The notes beneath the pieces were generated by a model. That model was given only the letters and a program-made list of their open reading frames with translations. It made no database searches and was not told the DNA's origin. The translations under genes were made by a program, and so were the position numbers. 26,812 bases of DNA from Albugo candida. Lineage: Eukaryota. How positions within the stretch are numbered: the first letter of the stretch is position 1; each line of letters begins with the position of its first letter. Location: positions 248,001-274,812 of the forward strand of contig JBDOQK010000049.1 in the NCBI GenBank assembly GCA_040437565.1, given 5' to 3'. Below, piece by piece: positions 23,248 through 26,812 of this stretch.

Positions 23248-25463
23248 TGTCGTGAGAAACCCTCATAATTCCTGAGTAAGAGGTATCGCGTCTTTTCTTG
23301 ACCAGCTAATTTTGTGATATCTTGGTGTCACAGTACTGTTGAGTAGGTGCTGATAGTGATACAGCTATTTATTCTATCGACGTGGCAAGACAGAATTTGA
23401 TACAAAAGCGCTTTGCGATGACTAGCTTTTCTGACCACATTAGTTGTATGCCCTCACTTTACATACACCCCGACACTTGATGACATCAAAGCGATCAGGT
23501 TTATAAAGGTATTGCCACATAATCTGGTCTCAATCTGGTGTCAAATGTAGAGAAGCTGCCCATGCTGAGTGCTGATGCTGATGCTGATGCGTCTCACCAG
23601 AGACATCATCACAAAGCTGAGCTGTGTTGTTAAGTTATGTGAACATTTTCACATTGTCGCGTGGCGATAGAGAAGAAAAGGCATGTACAGAAAAGAGTAT
23701 TGTGTACTATATGTACAGCTACTAGTCTGATGAGAACATCCCGTCAAATTCACGCTTCGGCAGACANNNNNNNNNNNNNNNNNNNNNNNNNNNNNNNNNN
23801 NNNNNNNNNNNNNNNNNNNNNNNNNNNNNNNNNNNNNNNNNNNNNNNNNNNNNNNNNNNNNNNNNNGTGAACATTTTCACATTGTCGCGTGGCGATAGAG
23901 AAGAAAAGGCATGTACAGAAAAGAGTATTGTGTACTATATGTACAGCTACTAGTCTGATGAGAACATCCCGTCAAATTCACGCTTCGGCAGACATTAGTT
24001 GGATATGACGTCAATTTTTCCTTTTCTGAGGGACAGTGTCCAGTGTAATGGGTATGGTGATTGTACATTTTTTTATTACTTTTACCGATGCTAAAAATAA
24101 TGCCACGCTCGTCGATACGAGTGATATAATGATTCAAAGATCAGATAGAACATTCTGAGTCAATTCCAAAACAAATTATAGTAGAAACACCGTGGTTCAA
24201 TTGATCAAATTGAAGGATAATGATTTCTACTTCGCAAGTTTCGGAAATTTCTGGCAGGACAGGAAGAGCTAAATACCTAATAATGGGTGAATGCAGTCAA
24301 AGTATTTGTGACCCTATGAAGCAATACTATGGAATGATACACTTAATAGTAAAGTCTTTAATGATTGACTGTGCGCAATATTGTGGAGACATAGCACGTT
24401 CATTTGAATTCGAGTCCCATAAAACGCTCTATTTACTTAAGCCCGAGTTTGTTTATTCAAGGACTACCAGGTACATACACAAAGTGTGCTATATATGAAC
24501 TGGTTTTATGGACAATGTGAGACCGGCATATGAAGCCAATGGTTTTTATCGATGCTGTGGGGATCATTTTGAAGCGACGGAAATGTAATACAATGGATAA
24601 GCAGGCACTTTCTCTTATCTTACTTGACTGGGAGGACACTCCGCATTTTTCAGGTTCCTCACCTTTATAACCTTGAAACTGGGCAATCCAGCCAACAAAT
24701 CTCAAGTAGAGCACAACTTCTCATTTTGAGTTTGCACCGTTTGGTCAAGATAAATCGGTTTCTCGCATACCTGATAAGTGATTTGATATACGAAAGGCGT
24801 TGACTCAGGGTGTGAATCTCAACGGTCGTTTGGTACTTTAAAGCGCGTGTACACTATTGAAATATAAAAAAAGACGATTTCATGCACCTCGCTCGTTTAT
24901 AATATACTGTGTGAGTTGTGCAAAGCTGCTGGTCACACTGACATTTATCCTTGGTAAATGTGCACGACGTATAAAGTTGATCTTGGTATTTCCTGCCAAG
25001 CGCCTTTGATCATGTCAGAATCATTCATTCATTGATACAAAGATTATCCGTGAAAAAAACTTTCTTTTTAGATTTTCGATACAAATCAACCTACGAAATG
25101 AGTTCTTCGAATGGTCCCAGATGAAGTGCAGTGGCCACTTAGATAAGCTCTCGCTCCTACAAAATCTTGATGCTATCTGTATCCTGAAATAACAGATACA
25201 ATCTGCTCACTCTCAGGTTTACCTATTCCGGTTTGTTTATAATCTGCTATATTCATACTTCGAGTGTCACAATGTCGATGATACCCCAGCAAATATTTGC
25301 TAGTCCAAAGTAATTTTAAAGTTGGTTGAAGCCCGGTGTATTTGATAAATCTATAGTAAGAACTTCGAAATAGCGCTCAGATGCGCACTGGATCAGGTAG
25401 CTTTCATGTGCTAAAATAACAAGAGCTAGAAGGCAACATTTACTTCTTGGTAACTTCTGTTGA

Positions 25464-25542
25464 AGAAAGTCGGATAAGTTCAGAAAGTCGGATAAGTTCA
25501 GAAAAAAGTCGGCTAAGATCGGAAGAGTCGGATAAGATCAGA
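25464..25542. repeat. Minisatellite, 4 copies of an ~18-21 nt unit AGAAAGTCGGATAAG(T/A)TC
   Basis: agaaagtcggataagttc agaaagtcggataagttc agaaaaaagtcggctaagatc ggaagagtcggataagatc. Confidence 0.85.
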
Positions 25543-26481
25543 TCATTAATAGCGCGGAAAGATGCGATAAGAAATACATACTAATAGTGTAGAGAAGCGA
25601 TATAGAGAATGTGGTATAGGCTTAGACTATCTTTTTGAGAACTAAGGACCTCCAAATATAGACAGTTTCCAATTTGACTACAACAACTTCAAAAGCCCAT
25701 CATTACGTCAGTGGCGACATATGACGATTCATTGCACATTTCTTTGTATTGTGGATGATTTGAGCGTAAATGTAGTCTAGGCTGATCGAGAATGAGTAAC
25801 GTGCCTATTTACATACACGATCGGCCGGAATTATAATTGAATATATCGATCATAAGCAATTGCGTTTTTATTTAGAACACTATGTTTCTACAAATTGATA
25901 TACGATGAAAAGTGGTCATTATTTGAGCGTTTCATTCGTTTGTCCCAAAAGAGGACCTTAAGTGAAGATGTCTATATTAATACAATCCGACTAACTGACT
26001 TCTCTAGTTGCCTAGGATATCCTAAATAGCCTGTATAGTGCAAGTCATCCATAGCCTGTAAGGGTGTGATTATTGCCAAAGACGTATTGGCTAATGCCAC
26101 AGACAAAACAGCTCTGATTGGGTATTTTGTATACACTAAGATTCAAGGAGCGTTTAGTATCCACTCACCTTCGTGATAGTATTGACTCAACCTCCTGATT
26201 CACTGGCTAAAATCCACTCAACTAGATTATTATTCACTCACTTGTTACAACTAATACCAATCAACTCACTACCAATCAATTCACTCGAAAGAAAAAAAAT
26301 CATGTTCTCAGCTTTCTAGACCAATCAGCCAATCTCTTCTTTCGCAAATACTCACAGAGGAAAAGTTAAGGTTGTTATTTTTGGTATTAAAAATAGCTTT
26401 TTTATAATTTCTAGGAAGTTGTGTTCCTAATCGCAGAATCTTTACGTCCTATATATAGGCCACTATTGGTAATATACATAT

Positions 26482-26812
26482 ACTGCACACTTGGGATGGT
26501 CGAGTGGAATAGATAAGCGCATCTCCAAGGTCACAAAGACGCGAACATGGTTACACATTTCTTTCCGAAAGGTGACGTGTTTATGGAAGCTTTCTCAGAG
26601 AACTTGAGACAGATTGCAGAATTTCAGAATGTTCTTATGCAAGTGGTGAGCTGGGGTCAATACATGACATCTCATAACTCACGTTTCCTGGTCCCTAGTG
26701 AAAAAGGAAAGACACGATGACTGCAAACTTGGGATGGTCGAGTGGAATAGATTATCGGATCTCCAAGGTCACAAAGACGCGAACATGGTTACACATTTCT
26801 TTCCGAAAGGTG
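26482..26812. repeat. Imperfect direct repeat with 238-bp spacing (26482-26574 ~ 26720-26812), running off the window end
   Basis: actgca(c/a)acttgggatggtcgagtggaatagat...ctccaaggtcacaaagacgcgaacatggttacacatttctttccgaaaggtg occurs twice with 4 mismatches and no gap between the copies. Confidence 0.9.

Overview
Eukaryotic draft scaffold with 15 gaps of 100 N, most flanked by duplicated sequence. It is probably an oomycete, plausibly Albugo-like; this is inferred from the 50-73 nt GT-AG introns, compact spacing, a stramenopile-type eL36 and the AA17-like genes. The first ~8.2 kb is a dense + strand housekeeping block: the 3' end of FANCI, a multi-RRM RBM28/NOP4-like gene, ribosomal protein L36 and a histidine acid phosphatase. 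The remaining ~18.6 kb is gene-sparse. It holds one spliced PPR-like gene and two paralogous secreted proteins on the - strand (10039-10980 and ~22088-23150). These two have a signal peptide followed directly by His1 and motifs matching the oomycete AA17 lytic polysaccharide monooxygenase (LPMO) family. They are the most interesting feature: both appear to have lost several canonical AA17 cysteines, gained a CPxC motif next to the copper-binding His1, carry very different low-complexity tails, and share conserved upstream non-coding blocks.
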